Below are positions 1 to 38,683 of a stretch of DNA of 64,000 nt, piece by piece. The notes under the pieces were generated by a model. That model was not told where the DNA came from and did not search any database. It saw nothing but the letters and a program-made list of their open reading frames with translations. The position numbers and the translations under genes are program-made. Origin of the DNA: Podarcis filfolensis (Eukaryota); assembly GCA_964270895.1 (NCBI GenBank), contig OZ185440.1. The stretch is one strand, 5' to 3'. The stretch's first letter is position 1; every line of letters begins with the position of its first letter.

Positions 1-9996
<9,996 letters not shown>

Positions 9997-12900
9997 CATT
10001 TCACTTTTGCCAGGCCCAAGACCTTGGGTCTAGAACTCCTGCCTCAGGGATGGGATGTGCACAGTATCCCTGGTGGGGTCAGGGGCCCAGATTGTTCACA
10101 CATACACACACCGCAGACTGTGAAGCAGAATGGATACCTGGAAGCTCTTGCACTGTGTTTAAACAACTGTAGACATAGACAGTGCCTTTGGGAACTGGAG
10201 CAAGAAGGCCAGATGAGCTACTGCCGTGAAAAGGTTGATGGGAGAATCTCTCAGCACCTGGTACTCCACTTTCCCATGCCTTGTTTCTCTAGGTGTTATC
10301 TGCCGCCAAAAACATGCTGGGTTTCTTGGCTACCAGGACTTCTGGCTTCAAAACATCCCTAGTTTGCATCCTTACATTGGACTGTGATAGCCCAGATAAC
10401 ATTGTGCCCACTCACCTGCAGACAGGGAAAGTTCCCATCCCATCGAACCTGGAAAATGAAAGTGACAATTCCCCATATGCTGTGTGAACCATCTCATGGC
10501 TGTCATCGGGGCAGGGCGAGAGAATTGCCCAAACACTGACCCTCCCATGGAGAGAACAGGACTCAACTTGTGCGTGGGGAAACTCCTCCCGCATTGTGCT
10601 GCTATTCTTTTATTTTTATTAATATTAATATTATTATTTTAAGCTGTATAAAAAAGAGTCACGAACCCTCCCCCTTATAATTATAATAATTATTTTTTAT
10701 TATTTTTACAGCTCCCTCATTAAAAAAAAAAAAGTGGCGTATCCCTTTAAGGGGAAACACCAGGGTGAGGTGGTAATGGAGAGAGGACCCCCTGGGCGTG
10801 TGGAGTGGAGGGAGCATGCAATGGAGGGGCACAATGTGTCTTAGCGCCTTCTATGCAAGCTGTGTGGGATGGGCTGCACTCTGCTCCTGCTTCCACCAGC
10901 ATGTCTGCCTATGCCAGCATTCGCCATCCGGCTGTTCCAAATCCTGTTAAATTCCTCCCTGTCCTATCCCACACTACAAAAACCTTTCTGCCCTATTCTT
11001 TTTGCTTGCATGCCTCTTTATCAGTCCAAGGTAGCCCATCACACAAGTGTCCCATAAGTACTTCCTTTTAAAATTTACATTTTAAGCTTCATCATTTCCC
11101 AAGAATATCAGTGAGGAATAATTTGTGACTAACAGAAGATGAGAATCATATAGGGCAGGGTTTTGGGCCCTGCAGGACATTTACCCCACACAGATGGAGA
11201 TCAGAGCAGGGCTTTCTGGAAGAGCAGTTTATATGGGTTTATGTTTTTTCTGCTTCCATGTTTTAAGAGGTACTTCTCACAAGTGAGTTTGTAGTCTGAG
11301 ACTGCTGCCTGAGTACAAAAATGTATGTGCACTGTGTTGGTTTACGAAGGGAGTGTTTCAAATGGAAATTTAAGCTTACTTTAATAAGAAAGCTGGGCGA
11401 CCTTGTGGTAAATTCAGCCATTCATTGCCCTTGTTAAGGACAATGTACTGTTTTGAGTTTTTCAACACATGTTTTTCCTATACTGAGATTATTAGCTTCC
11501 TGACCTGCATACTTTCAGCACAAACATTCGTGCTGCACCTTCACAACTGATGGTGTACAGAACTTTCCCCCCATCTCTTCACAAATATTTCTGTGTAGGA
11601 AAAAAATGATGTGTAAAATTATCCTTTGATTCTCTCCCACCTAAAAACATCCCTATGTAGTAATCAGAGCAGAAAATGTTCAACGGGAGAAAAGAGTTGG
11701 GCAAAACATTCCATTTCCTGCCCAAAAGTATGAGTGCTGTGGTTGCTTTTTCTGTTTCTGAATGATCTCTTTCCGGTTCAGCTTCTTTGGCTGAAAAACA
11801 AGAAATGAACTGTCGCTTGGCAGCAGGATTGGTTCTCAAGGACCAGTTCCATTTCCATCTGACATGCTTGGTTTCCACATAGCTAAGTCAAAATTGCTTT
11901 ATGAAATGTTTCAGTTTTTCCATTCTGCTTCAGGACACAAATCAGAATTTTGCACAAAATTCAAAGTGCAGTTTTCTGGCCAGCTCTGCCCTGTGCATCA
12001 ATCACAAAACAACAGCTCAAACCGAAATCCTGAAACACAATACTTTTTTTAAAAAAAAGAAGTTATTTTCTTTCTTTCTTACTGACCTACTCTAAAGGAA
12101 AAAGATGGCAGCTGGGGAAAAATATTCTGTTTGTTAGGATTCTTGAGTGATTTTGGAATCTGATGGATGTGCCACAGTTTTCAGCACACATTTCTTTCAA
12201 CAAGATGCAAGGTTTGGGACCAAATGTATTTTTCACCTAAGACAGTGAAATAACTTTAGGTACTCCCGATTGCAGGTTTGGAGATTTTGGGCTTCAGGAA
12301 GAGACACCTCCAACTGCAGAAGTTGCTCAACATCTTTCTGCACTGCAATTATATACACAAGTAGTTTGCCAGTTTCTCGGTGGCACTGACATTTGTAGTG
12401 GAATAACACTTTACAACTCTGTCTTTAGAATGAGATAAATTAAGAAGTGCAGATGTCTTCTAGCTGTTCTTTGCCAACATGGAGTTGTCCCTTGGGGGCT
12501 GTGTGAAATTCTGACCCACTTGGGCATGAAATTGTGTGTAGTTTTTGGGCACAGAGACTGACACACGACAGCTTACTTGTGTGAGATAGCAGGGTTGATT
12601 CACCTTTGAATCCACTTCCTCAGTGACATTCTTCCTTCTTGACCGCAGGCACTTTATATTCCCCCTCCCTTTCGCCCAATATCTGCTGTAATTATATCCC
12701 CCAAAGTATGCCGGATTGCCTATTCACTTCTTGCTGCCAAGGGAGTTTCTGCTGAGATTTTCACATTTTGGTTGTGTGAACCCCCTTAGCAGCTTCAAAA
12801 GGATTGAAATGGATTGATTCAGTTGATTTGAAAATTAAAAACTGCTTCTAGGATCTGGAGAGAATTCCCTGCACACAGAAACTTGCCATGTGGCAGAGAT

Positions 12901-15900
12901 ACCTCTGACCATTTAGATTTGTCCTGTTTTCTCACCACGAAACTATTTAGACCAGAAACCACTGTCAAAGGTAGAACCTAGCAACATTTGACATGTATGC
13001 CCCACTTCTCCCGCTCTCCTTTCCACCCACCCACTGCTTAAAAAACTGCTAAGTGCTTCTAGCTAACTCACAATAGAAATTGTGTTTCTCCTCCCCCCCC
13101 CCCGCACCCCCGCCAACAAGTCTGTGACCAGCAAAGCACAGGAAACGGTGGAAAGGGGGACACATTGTGTGTGCATGTGTGTATCTGTGTGCGCGTGTGC
13201 ATGTGAGTATGTAGCAGGTGTGCTGGAGACCTTTTAACCTGAAATGTTGTCATGCCATATAAATTATTTATATGAAAAGAAAAAAGATTTATTTTTGTAG
13301 TTTGTACAGACCTCTAGCCTTGCAATGGAAGTTTTTATTTTTAAAAGTAAATATATATTATATATAAACCTATCTTCTGATGGTGCCTGTGTGCAGTTCT
13401 TTGGTCCCCGCTTTGGAGTCTCTGTGTTTGTAGTCAAGAGTGTACCTACTAGATTGATGCAGGCTGTACGCATAGGTTTCTCTTAATAGGACAAATAACA
13501 GCTGGGGGAGGAAGCTTTAAGCTGGGAACTGGTGCTGGGGGAAAGGGTTAAACACCTTTCTCCTCAGCACCACTGTCTTGGTCTGAATCTCCCTTTTGGC
13601 TATTATTTGGTAAAACTTAATGAGGATGCAATCCTGTCACAGATTTCTGACATTGTGTCTTGTTTTGCTCTAGACTTCCATCTTAGAGAAGTGTGTGTTG
13701 ATGAACAACAGGAGTTTGTGTATGCATGAGTAAGGATGCACATTATATATAATTAATATATATGATGATGCATGCATAGCTGGATGTTCTTCTGCTCCCA
13801 GAAAGATCAAATCCTGCCCCAAGAAAGTGCAAGCTTTGGATTAATTAGTTGGAAACATTTTAATATAATTTGCATATTTTATTCTGATTAACCTGTTCAC
13901 ACAATTTAAAATGTATTTTCAAGGCCTGATAGAGCACGGAAAGTGCTGGTGCAGGAACTAGAGGAAACCATCCAAAGTTTACTTTTTTCAGTCTTCAGCA
14001 AATACTGTGCTTCATTTTTTAAAAAGGAAGAAAAGATCTGTGTGCCTTGACTTGAGTGTTGTCTCTGGACATTTTCACAGGTTTTACTAAATTACTTTCG
14101 ATCTGAATTTATGATGCGGGAATATTACTGAGGAGACAGAATAAAGCTAAAGAGAGATCACTTAAAAGCAAATGTACATTTCTACTTAGTGTAATTTTTC
14201 GTGCAATTTACAGATGCAGAAAATGTAGTCATGTACAATTTGTGAAAATCAGCTTCTGCAACCAGCCTGCCAAAGGCAGCAGGAGACCCCAACAGATGAA
14301 GTTGGCATGGCCAAAGATAGTGTGTAATATAAAGGATTGTTATACTAGGTTGTCAGTAACAACCTGTAAAAGCGTGGAATCTCTGCAGAAGAGGGAGACG
14401 ATTCTGATGTAAGAGCTGGATTTTTTAACTTGGTTGGGGGTGACAACTTAGTTTCAATTCTTTATAAACTTCAATTAATGTTATAAATATGCACAGGTTT
14501 CCACAAACCAGCAGAAAACAGGTGTATGAAGTGGGAAGCAATTGTCCAGTGGGATAAACATTATCTTTGCTTCTCTGGAAAGTGCAGAGAGGGACTATGC
14601 AATTAGATCAACTTGTGAAAGAGGCCCTGTGTCTGCTTTCAACTCTTATTACGCTGGAAGTAAGACACTGTAAGTTCAGAAGTATGGAAAGGAGTCTGGC
14701 CCAGGAACAACACCCCCCAGCCCTGTATTGCCCTCCCTGGCACGATCAATTTCTTGAGCCTCCAACCCCATCTCAGCAATGACTGTACTGCAGCTGCCTG
14801 GCAGTGTTTATTTTTCCAGTGTGTTCAGGAAGCCGGCATGGTGCAGCCCAGCCAAAGGGGGGGGGGCGGGCGGGCTAGGAGGTTGTCTTGTCAGCAGCCA
14901 CAGGGACCACAGCTGAGCAGATTCTGCAAGCAGAGCAACAAGCAGAATAAAGAAAAACAAACCGAGACCAGAGCTTGCACACACACATGCAGCATTGTAG
15001 ACTCAGTAAGGGGCACCCTCTTCACAAAAGTCCATCAGACTTGATGGCCCTATTAGGTGTCCCCACAATTGCTTTGTATCTTGCCATTTCTTTGCAGAGA
15101 AAAATTGTCTATGGGAGCAACCAAAGCACTGGGGGGCAGGCAGATGCTTGTACCAATGTTCAAAATTCAGTGGTTACTCCCAGGGAAAAGAATGATGAAC
15201 TGGAATAACGGAGAGCTCTGACTTTGTGTCTGAGCGTTAAACACCCTGCTCCCACTACCTGCCTCTTCTTTCCCCCTGCAAGATGCTTCTCAGCATGATG
15301 TCACCACGGTTCCCAGGGAGGAGAAGCTTCCTGTTCAAGCCTATTGCACTTCTACTTTCGCTTTTGGAACTCTTCTATGAGATACTGCCACAAGATTTTT
15401 CTTTTTCTTCTTGTTCCAACACTTCTTGACATAGCAGCTGCTCCTTGTCATGTTCTCCCCCTATGTTATAGCCATTAATTCTGCATGTTGCAAGAACCTG
15501 ATAGAATTTACAAGTAGCAGCCTATGGCTTAGTCTTGAGCTCCTCATTAAGTGACTCATAATTACCACCATCTGCAGTCTTCCTGAACTTCTTCCCTCAT
15601 CTCTTTCCCAGTTTATCTTATCTCTTCTTTGGCACCATCTCTATCTAGGTTAATTTTCTCTTTAACTTCTCGTTTTTGGCTATACATTCCTGAGTACAAA
15701 TACCCAGGCAGTGCATTAATTATGAACAGTGCACAGCCTATTCCTTTCCTGACAGCCACTTCCGTGTATATTTCAGGGGGCAGGAAAAAGGCCATTTAGG
15801 GACAAATAATATGCGGCCCATTGGCACATTTACAAACAGGACAACCTCTCATGGGCAGCATGCACATGCCACAACCAAGCACACTTCTATTGGCTACAAT

Positions 15901-16869
15901 TCTTCAAGCATCACAGTGGGAGGAGGAAACAAAGGAAAGGGTGCCAGGGAAGGCCTTTGTGGGTGGTGCATGTGTTCCTGTGGCATGCAGCATGTTGATG
16001 AACTCTACAGCAACACATTAAACCCTTTTCTGTTAACAAAGATGGCTTTAGAAAGCTCAATCTTCAGTGGAAAAATAGTGAGGAATGGAATGAGTGCTTT
16101 ACCCTTTTCTCACCTGCTGTTTTCTCATGATAAAATCACTCTTCCACTGCCTTTTCTCATTTTTATTACAAGGGCATGTTTATAAAGCTCGGGGTAAATT
16201 TAGAATAGGACAGCAAGCAATAAATGTATGAAGCATCCTTTGCCTCCAGCTCCCTCATGCAAAACAGCAACCTCTCAAAGTTGCTTTTCTTAATAAAAAT
16301 ATATACTGAGGCAACATTACATATTTTTGCCACTTGCCCTTTATATACAGGTGCATCACTGACCAATGCTGCACTATGTATTTTGTACTCCATGTTCAGT
16401 GGCTAAAATGTGAATTGGGCTTCTGTTACTCTTAGATAGACAGACTTCAGGAGCTCCATCTCTGCTTCTTTTCTTTTCCTTTCTGCAAGAAGCCAGAATA
16501 GTGCACTTGATAGTACATATTAGAGGTCCAATCCATGCCCTTAAAGCTGATTAGTTGAGATATCAAGTTGGCCCTGAACAGGTTAGTTGTGCTGTTAAAA
16601 GTTTAGAGAACAGACTCTAGTGTGTGGGCACTTGGCCCTCTTGCAAGCACATTTAACCCAAAGAGCAACAGAGAAGGCCTTGAAGGAGCAATCTATGCTA
16701 GTCAGAAGACAATAGCTATTAGTGATGGTCTACTTCCAGTTTGTCTAGGCCTGAGTTTAAAGGCACTGGCTCATTCCTGCCTAGCTGCCCTACTAAATCA
16801 GTGCCAGTGGTTAGAGATGGTAATCAATGTGCTTAGTTATTAAATTTCCATACTGCCCCTCATTTGACA

Positions 16870-17700
16870 ATCACAGGTGGCTTACAATATAAAAGCACAA
16901 AAACGCACAACAGGGAAAAACATAAACAATAGCCCCCCCATTTAAAAAGCCATTTTTTATTTTTGTTTGTTTAGTCATTTAGTCGTGTCCGACTCTTCGT
17001 GACCCCATGGACCAGAGCACGCCAGGCACTCCTGTCTTCCACTGACTCCCGCAATTTGGTCAGACTCATGTTTGTAGCTTCAAGAACACTGTCCAACCAT
17101 CTCGTCCTCTGTCTTCCCCTTCTCCTTGTGCCCTCAATCTTTCCCAACATCAGGGTCTTTTCCAGGGAGTCTTCTCTTCTCATGAGGTGGCCAAAGTATT
17201 GGAGCCTCAGCTTCAGGATCTGTCCTTCCAGTGAGCACTCAGGGCTGATTTCCTTAAGAATGGATAGGTTTGATCTTCTTGCAGTCCATGGGACTCTCAA
17301 GAGTCTCCTCCAGCACCATAATTCAAAAGCATCAATTCTTTGGCGATCAGCCTTCTTTATGGTCCAGCTCTCACTTCCATACATCACTACTGGGAAAACC
17401 ATGGCTTTAACTATATGGACCTTTGTTGGCAAGGTGATGTCTCTGCTTTTTAAGATGCTGTCTAAAGCCATAGATTGTTTAATTAGCCCGTGAGAAGAGG
17501 AATGTTTTAGCCTAGCACCTAAAGATACCATATGTAATGAAGGCGCCAGGTGAGCCTCCCTAGGAAAAGCATTCCACAAGCAGGGAGCCACCACAGAAAA
17601 CACCCATTCTCATGTTGCCACCCTCCAGATCTCTCATGCAGGAAGCACATGAAGAAGGGCCTCAGATGATGACTGCAGGGTCTGGATCAGTTCATATGAG
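16870..17700 (-). mobile_element. L2-type LINE 3' fragment split by a BovB insertion (L2 parts about 16870-16953 and 17465-17700)
   Basis: The minus strand reads TTTTCTGTGGTGGCTCCCTGCTTGTGGAATGCTTTTCCTAGGGAGGCTCACCTGGCGCC, homologous to the 3681 copy. The tail TGTAAGCCACCTGTGATTGT lies on the far side of the BovB insert. Confidence 0.7.
16954..17464 (-). mobile_element. RTE-BovB LINE, 5'-truncated, about 510 bp
   Basis: Uninterrupted BovB ORF C-terminus (SILKSRDITLPTKVHIVKAMVFPVVMYGSESWTIKKADRQRIDAFELWCWRRLLRVPWTARRSN...VHGVTKSRTRLND*), a CTAAACAAACAAAAATAAAAAA tail, and an 8-bp TSD AAAGCCAT at 16946-16953 and 17464-17471. Confidence 0.92.
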
Positions 17701-18538
17701 AAGAAAAACCCTTACACAGCACTCTTAGGCTGCAAAGCAAAAATAGTCTTCTACAGCCCTGAAGAAAGCTGAATCTACACAGAAAACACAGAATGAAAGC
17801 ACACAGGACCTGGGGGCAAAAGAAAGAAATGTCTTTCAACTGCCTCACAGCCCAAGTCTTGTGGTGCTTCAGCACAACAAATTTATGTCACTATCAGGTT
17901 GTTCAGATCTATTTTTTTCTGAATGTGCAATTGGCACTCAGTTTTTTCAGTCTTACGTTTTTCATCACACCAGCAGGCGGTGGTCGTTGATGGAAAGCTT
18001 CCATGCTGAGTTTCTGGGCCCTCTCCTCAGTTACTACATTCACCCTCCACTACTGTTCTCCATTTTGGGTTCACACACAAGTATTTCTGTACCTAGGTGC
18101 ATGCACCTTTTCCAAAAGAAATCACTGGAAATTTTAAAGAGTGAAAGAGCAAATGTTACCAGCCCTTGGCTACCATGCTTCAAAACTGGCAATATGGAGG
18201 GTGCTGCTTTTGAGTGGGGAGGGTGGACAGCATCTATTTCTATTTGGTGTTTTGTTTGTTACTTAATGCCAAGTTTTTGCACAACACCAGTATTTCACTG
18301 TACCAAAACTCTAATAAAGAGTTACATTTTTGTTACTTAACAGATTTTCTGCTGCATGACAAAAGCCACATTAAATGTGGAAAAAGTGTGGGCTGTCATC
18401 TCGATGGCAATGTTTTGGAGACGGTGGGTGGGGGAAAATCATGCTGGGACAGCACCGATTCCACAATAAACATCCGTCTGGAAGCGCCCTTGGCTTGGCT
18501 GAAAGCAATCTCGGGTCTTTCACACATGGGCTAGACTA

Positions 18539-18555
18539 CAGTGCCCCCTGCTGGG
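18539..18555 (-). promoter_or_regulatory. CTCF core motif
   Basis: Minus strand CCCAGCAGGGGGCACTG fully matches CCASYAGRKGGCRS. Confidence 0.6.
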
Positions 18556-19006
18556 AATGCTATCAGTCACAAGAAGTCGGCTCGCGCTTGTTCTCAAGCA
18601 GCTTTTGTGTGAAAACCAGTCCAAGAGACCCCGAGAGTGACCCATTAACCAACCCACGACTCAACCTTGCTTCCTCAGCCGCGACTTCCCGCTCTGCTGC
18701 TTCCACCTATGAGGCCGCTCGCGCCACAGCGCCTCTCACCCCCCGCACCGCATAGTGAGGTCAAGTGCTTGCTTAAAGGCTAGGCGCTTATGGCTACCTT
18801 AAAAGGTGGCAGGTTGTCCTCACCTGCGGTTTAGGTTCAGTCAAGTAACCGCTCCCTTCCGAACCACGGGGTAGAGAGCGAGCCACGTGCAACGGAGAGC
18901 AGGGCTCCGCCACACCTTTCACAGCTGAGCTGAGAATTTCAGCAGGTGCAGCAGCTGGCGATGCAAACGGCTGGAATTCCCTTTTTTGCACGACTTATTA
19001 AAGAAG

Positions 19007-19220
19007 AAATTTTTTTTTCTTTCCAGTAGCACCTTAAAGACCAACTAAGTTAGTTCTTGGTATGAGCTTTCGTGTGCATGCACACTTCGTCAGTGTGCAT
19101 GCACACGAAAGCTCATACCAAGAACTAACTTAGTTGGTCTTTAAGGTGCTACTGGAAAGAAAAAAAATTTTTTTGTTTTGACTATGGCAGACCAACACGG
19201 CTACCTATCTGTAACTGGAA
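19007..19220. mobile_element. Penelope-like (PLE) insertion, 214 bp, with an inverted hairpin structure and a hammerhead core
   Basis: Perfect 76-bp inverted repeat (19011-19086 / 19092-19167, loop TCGTC), tail GACTATGGCAGACCAACACGGCTACC, 12-bp TSD TTATTAAAGAAG at 18995-19006 and 19221-19232. The GAAAGCTCATACCAAGAAC...TTAAGGTGCTAC motif resembles reptile Penelope termini (from memory). Confidence 0.8.
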
Positions 19221-19249
19221 TTATTAAAGAAGGTGCGGGAGCCCTTGCT

Positions 19250-20130
19250 CTCCCTTGCACCTGCTACACGACGCGCGTGGCCTGGGGCCTCATCCCCACC
19301 CGGGACCGGCGCGAAATGTTGAGCTACCTGCAGTTCCTCCCTCACGCATCATGGCGATGTCGGGAGGGCAAAAATGCATGTTCCCCTTCTGCGCGACTCT
19401 CCAGCAGGCGCGCTCTGGAGCCCGGGGCGCGGCCCTCTCTCCGCGCGCGGCGGCGCTCTCTTTCGGTGCCCCTCATTGGCCTGCTGTGTGGTCTGTAATT
19501 AATCCCCCGCCGCAGGGTGTCGGGGAGTTACACGTCCTCGCCCAGCAGGGGAGCCCCGGCATCCCCGGCTAATCCCCGTTTCTTGTCGCTCTCCTCAGGG
19601 GGCCCGCCGGCACCTCCACCAGCCCCTCTTCCTCCCTGTCAGATTCGCAAATGGCTGTGCGCAGGCCTAAGACGGGGGAGGAAAGCTGCCATCGCCAGGG
19701 CAGGCGGCGGGGTTCGTCAATTTACAGAGCTTAACCCCGCAGCAAAAACTGCACAACGGTCCCGCTCGCCGCCTCCCCAAATTCCCCAAGGCTCTCATGA
19801 CTCTTATGTGGGGAAACCCGGGACGGGGCGGAAACGGCTGGGAGGGTTGCAAGAACCACGCCGGCCGAGATAAGAGAAAGCGGGTGGGGTGGAGGAGAGG
19901 AGCATTGAAGAGCAGCTCCGAGGTGCTGTGAAGTCGCGGGATTTAAGCTTCCCTTCCTGCCCCGCTTTGCATGACAAAAAGCCCAGCTGCAGAGATGACA
20001 CCGTCCCTTCCCCCCCACGCCAAATTCACCTCTCCAATTACCAATCAAGCCCATTATGCGGCTACAATAGCCTTCAGCTCCGAGGCCCACCCAGGCAGCC
20101 AACATACAGACAGTACATCCTCGACCCATG
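19250..20130. promoter_or_regulatory. CpG-island-like region with no associated coding gene (CpG-rich from about 18400)
   Basis: Visibly GC- and CpG-dense. E2F-like GGCGCGAAA at 19308-19316, CCAAT boxes at 19475 (reverse), 20034 and 20041, TAATCC at 19500 and 19570. No recognisable protein in any frame. Confidence 0.55.
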
Positions 20131-20640
20131 AATGGAGCCATTTTGCCAGAGTGTTCCGTCTCCCCTCTTCTATTAAACGCAGCCCATTGCTGTTACTGGG
20201 AAATAAATACTAGTAACTACTGCTATTTGAGTAAAGTGAAGCTCGTGGCTTTTGAGGGCCACAGTCTCCATTTAGCATTGGGAGCAGGCAGACCCTGCTG
20301 TTTTGGAAAGCTTATCTTCAAAAACTGCTTCGCAATCCCCCAGAAAAACGTATATTCCGGGTTCTGTATTCCCACCCCACCCCTCAAACTCTTTTCAGAA
20401 TGTCAGAACACGGCCTGTCTTAGCAAACTGTCTCTAACAGCTAGCCAAGCACAGTTCTATTTCCCTCAGCCAAAGCGGGACAGTTTTGGTGAAAGGCTTT
20501 AATGAAGGTGGTACCAGAGAAAGCCTAAAATCAAATAGAAGCAGGGATTAGCAGGAGTGTGGCCCCTCACAGTCAGCAAAGCAGAGGAGGGGCTGACTTT
20601 TCCTAAACCTCAGCATCATCTTATGTTAATTATATTATCT

Positions 20641-20785
20641 CATGGGTGTAGCCAAGTGGGGGCAAGGTGGGGCAGCTGCCCCTCATCAGGTAAAACAATA
20701 GAAATACTTAACTGATCAATCACATTGGTTCTGCCCCCCCAACATAGTTCTGCCCCCGCCCAAAAATATCCTGGCTATGCCAGGC
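20641..20785. mobile_element. Possible short non-autonomous DNA element
   Basis: Imperfect terminal inverted repeats GGGTGTAGCCAAG ... CCTGGCTATGCC. A related left end occurs near 30867. Confidence 0.35.
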
Positions 20786-22038
20786 CATGGGATTATATTG
20801 GGCTCCATTGTGCCATACCGATATGCTTTGGACAGGTAAGAAGGGTAGCTGAACAATTTGAACAAAACTATCTTAGAATTAAAATGGTCAGACCACTCCT
20901 TTTAATTATGGTGCCATAATGCCCACTGGTGGCCAGAGCTGACCACTGCAACTGCTGAGACAAAAACAGGAAGACTTGGAAGAAGAAAAGTGGGTGGAGG
21001 GAGTATTGAAAACTTTGGACTGTAGTTCTGCACAGAAGCAGACATGGAAATCACTACAAAGAGGAGGATCCTGAACTGTAACCTGAGGATGAAGTCATTA
21101 ACAGTGTTGGTGTGTAATGAGGGGACAGTGTAATTTAGTACTAAGAATTTATGGTGCTATTGCTTGTGGATTGAATATATCCCACCCCCACCCCCCACCC
21201 CCGATTGAATAGATTTTTAGTACATTATGTGTGCTAATTGGCATATCAATACCAGGATGTCTATGTCATCAAGAACTGTTTTTCAAATTACCGGTACTGT
21301 ATTAAGTACATAATTATCACTGTACTTTATTGCATTTCCTTTCCTTATTACAACCCTCCTCCCCAAACTATGTGCATCTAAACCTATAGCTCATGATAAC
21401 ACTACACACATCTGATGCAGTGGATGGTAGTCTATGACAGCTTATGCTAGTCATTAAGGTGCTGTAAGATTCTTGTTTTCGCTGCAAAAAACCCCAATAC
21501 TCCTCTAGAACTTATAATTAAGCTGTGGCCCTCATGTTTATCTTCAGCTAGAAAGATTGACAGAGGAATCTTATAAACATCACCTCAGGTCAATGGGATT
21601 TGCTCCCAAGTAAGTGGGTTTGGAACTGCAGCCTAAGGAGAGGTACAGGTTTCAGAAGAGAATTAAGACTATTCTAAAATGTTAACTAACAACAAATATA
21701 TTTTGCAAGTGTCTGAATCTCTTGTTTGACATCTTTCCTGAGAAAGAAACCAGAATTATTGAATTCTGGAATCCTACATGCCATTGTCCACTTGCTGGCA
21801 ACTTGTGTCAGAAATGAAGAGTTTTTCACCATTCCCATTTTTTGTTTTGGGCTCACTAAAATCCAAGGGGGCAGGCTGTCCATTTTATTGTATCTGCTTA
21901 TCAATAAACTGCAAGCCTCACACTTGGTAATTTATTATATATACACATACATGCTTTCTAGATCTTAATAGTAAGAGATTATTGCATGTAGGAACTATGT
22001 AACACAGAAGAAATGGTTAACAAGGCCTCAAAATAGAC

Positions 22039-38032
<15,994 letters not shown>

Positions 38033-38683
38033 CCTGCCCGCCTGCAGCCGCCGAGGCGGGGTTGGCCCAGAGGGAGCAGCCGCCGCGGGAGCAGCTCCGC
38101 CGGTGGCCCCTTCGCTCCAGTCCCGATTTTGGCAGCCGGCGAGTCTTTCCGCAGCGCAGCAGCGACCGGGAGGAGGGCGGCTGTGGCTGCTTCCTGCTAC
38201 TCTCGCCCTCCTTCCTCCTCGGTTCTGCCGGGTGTACCGTAAAGCAGCCTCTATCGGCGGACGGCTGAATGAGCAAGCCGAGCATGCAAGAAGCGAGGGG
38301 AACCGCGCAATGGAAATGGGTCGGCGGCAAGCTCCGGAACCCGCGCGGGAGGTTTAGGCCTAAGGTGAAAGTGGCCAAGGAAGGTCGACGCGCAAGATCT
38401 CGGACTCCGTTTCACTTCAGTTCCTGGGCTCATGTGAATGGCTGGCGATGAGGCATATCATAAAAGTTCGCGTTTCCAAAACAAACAACAGGGCAGGCGG
38501 AAGGATCTCTGATCAGGTGCCAGGGAATTGACACTAGTAGTAATATAGTGGCCTTAAACTAGGGATAGGGGACCTGCGGCCTTCCAAACCTTGCTGGCCT
38601 GGATCACAACTTCCATCATCCCTGATCATTAGCTATACCAGCCTTGGCTGATGGGAGTTTGGCGACCCCCAGGTTCTCTAAGG

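Noticed and set aside
13165-13215. Alternating purine-pyrimidine tract (Z-DNA candidate)
   Set aside because: Short, interrupted and common in vertebrate genomes.
15230-15620. Purine-rich, acidic-looking stretch on the minus strand (possible pseudo-exon)
   Set aside because: It is interrupted by stops with no consistent splice sites; more likely a decayed repeat.
19178-20141. ORFs in the orphan CpG island (for example MAMSGGQKCMFPF…)
   Set aside because: No similarity to any protein I recognise, and typical GC-rich low-complexity translations.
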